Source of the DNA: Candidatus Acidiferrum sp.
GTDB lineage: Bacteria > Vulcanimicrobiota > Vulcanimicrobiia > Vulcanimicrobiales > Vulcanimicrobiaceae
Direction of reading: 5' to 3'
NCBI GenBank assembly: GCA_035507095.1
Contig: DATJOM010000074.1
Span: 3,941 to 67,940 of the forward strand
Length of the DNA: 64,000 bases
Shown: positions 62,969 to 64,000 of the stretch, one piece after another
Position numbering within the stretch: position 1 is the first letter of the stretch
Layout: every line of letters starts with the position of its first letter
Position numbers and translations under genes: made by a program
Notes under the pieces: generated by a model
Told to the model about the DNA's origin: nothing
What the model saw: the letters and a program-made list of their open reading frames with translations, nothing else
The model's database searches: none

Positions 62969-64000
62969 TCAATCAGAACGAATCAGCGCTCTATGAAGAT
63001 ACGCCTTGTATTTTTCTAGGAATTTTCGGGCTTCGCGCTCGTGATCGACGACCGGGCGTGGATAGGCGTCGCCGGCAAAAAGCGGCAGTGTGAGTTGAGC
63101 CTCGTCGCGTCCGCCGCTCCATGCGCTCATCGGTAGCTGCGCGAGCTGGGGAATCCAACGTCTGACATAGGCGCCGTTTGGATCGAAGCGGCGCCGCTGC
63201 TTTTCCGGGTTGTAAATGCGCGGGTACTGGGCCATGTCGGCGCCGACGCCTGCAATCCACTGCCAATTCCCGCTTGCAAGCACGGGATCGTCTTCAATCA
63301 GCCAGCGGTCCCACTCGTCACGTCCGATACGCCAGTCGACCCCCAGATCGAAGCAGAGAAACGACGCGACGACGGCTCGCACGTGCGGATGCATCCAACC
63401 GGTTTCGTGCAATTGCCGCACGCCCGCATCGACCAGCGGAAAGCCGGTCTTGCCGCCGATCCATTTGTCGAGCGCGGGATTCGTACGCGCAAACGGAAAG
63501 CCGCGCATCTTCACCTGCAGTGCCTCGTCATCGATCGGCCCATAGAAATGGCCAAGCTGCAAGAAGAAGTCGCGCATCGCAAGCGAGCGCAGAAACAATC
63601 GCAGCGAAATGCGCTCCTCGCTGAGCAAAAATGGATCTTCTAGTCGCGTAAGCGTTGCGCGCAGCACGGTGCGCGCGGCGATCGCGCCAAACGAGAGGTG
63701 TGCCGCGAGGTGTGAAGTGCGGTCGTCGCTCGGAACGTTCATTGCGACGGCATACTGCACGGCGTCGCCGTAAAGGAATCGCTCGAGCAACGCCGCCGCT
63801 ACCGCCGGCCCGGCTTCGACGGCGCGGTCGCTCGCGCCGAATTCGTGCGGCACCGGCAGCGGTTCGCTCTGCAAGTCACTCGGCGCAAAGCGCACGAGTA
63901 ACGGTGCGTCGTAGGACGAAGGGCGCAACGCACGCCACACGTCGTAATACGGTGCAAATGCGCGATACCCGTCGCCGCCGCTCGGGCGCGCTGCAGCGGT
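62969..64000 (-). CDS. deoxyribodipyrimidine photolyase/cryptochrome family protein (C-terminal FAD-binding part; N-terminus beyond the window)
   Basis: GKTGFPLVDAGVRQLHETGWMHPHVRAVVASFL...DWRIGRDEW...ASGNWQWIAGVGADMAQYPRIYNPEKQ. The frame stays open to base 64000. The M at 63940 in the ORF track is an internal GTG. Confidence 0.85.
   Translation of the reverse strand, partial: TAAARPSGGDGYRAFAPYYDVWRALRPSSYDAPLLVRFAPSDLQSEPLPVPHEFGASDRAVEAGPAVAAALLERFLYGDAVQYAVAMNVPSDDRTSHLAAHLSFGAIAARTVLRATLTRLEDPFLLSEERISLRLFLRSLAMRDFFLQLGHFYGPIDDEALQVKMRGFPFARTNPALDKWIGGKTGFPLVDAGVRQLHETGWMHPHVRAVVASFLCFDLGVDWRIGRDEWDRWLIEDDPVLASGNWQWIAGVGADMAQYPRIYNPEKQRRRFDPNGAYVRRWIPQLAQLPMSAWSGGRDEAQLTLPLFAGDAYPRPVVDHEREARKFLEKYKAYLHRALIRSD

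Noticed and set aside
1-64000. Search for CRISPR arrays, tRNA/rRNA genes, transposases, integrases and phage genes
   Set aside because: There are no regularly spaced direct repeats and no cloverleaf-compatible intergenic segments (the intergenic space is very small). No DDE, tyrosine or serine recombinase-like ORFs were seen. The glycan block therefore shows no visible mobility signature in this window.

Overview
GC-rich bacterial chromosomal window. The lineage cannot be assigned from the sequence alone. A TonB-dependent-type outer-membrane barrel and flagellar L/P-ring genes imply a diderm envelope. Coding is dense, and many genes are coupled by ATGA/TTGA-type start/stop overlaps.

The window has three blocks.

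(1) 1-17.5 kb is mostly housekeeping. It holds archaeal-type proS, a PduO-type adenosyltransferase, a TonB-dependent-like receptor, a Nudix hydrolase, an APC permease, and the conserved minus-strand run rpsB-tsf-pyrH-frr-uppS-cdsA-dxr-rseP-ispG.

(2) 17.7-38.3 kb is a large surface-glycan block:
- dTDP-glucose genes (rfbB, rfbA-like).
- An eight-gene tightly coupled 6-deoxyhexose tailoring operon: CDP-glucose 4,6-dehydratase, two TylCIII-type C-methyltransferases, a 3,5-epimerase, a reductase, CmcI- and TylF-type methyltransferases, and a putative 2OG oxygenase.
- A divergent operon of rfbF, a 965-aa GT2-GT2-GT4 glycosyltransferase and a sulfotransferase-like gene.
- A convergent NodPQ-like PAPS module (cysD, fused cysNC, TSUP permease).
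- An uncharacterised three-gene operon: ExeA-like ATPase, DUF11-like/proline-rich protein, GT-A-like protein.

(3) 38.3-60.5 kb is a minus-strand flagellar block: flgB-flgC-fliE, a 380-nt structured gap, flgF-flgG-flgA-flgH-flgI-flgJ(rod-binding only)-flgN-flgK-flgL-fliW-csrA, a sigma-28-type promoter, fliC, a terminator, three large glycosyltransferases (one GT2-TPR, GmaR-like), and flaG-fliD-fliS-(fliT-like).

The window ends with an MsbA-like ABC exporter, a B-box/DUF4870 membrane protein and a partial photolyase.

I saw no rRNA, tRNA, CRISPR array, transposase or integrase.

The most interesting hypotheses:
- A methylated, branched and probably sulfated deoxyhexose glycan pathway physically joined to a flagellin glycosylation island.
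- The ExeA-like three-gene module of unknown role.
- A 202-nt inverted-repeat-bracketed, AGGAG-rich structured element inside the flagellar operon of a FliW/CsrA organism.

All functional calls rest on motif and architecture recognition by eye. No database search was run.
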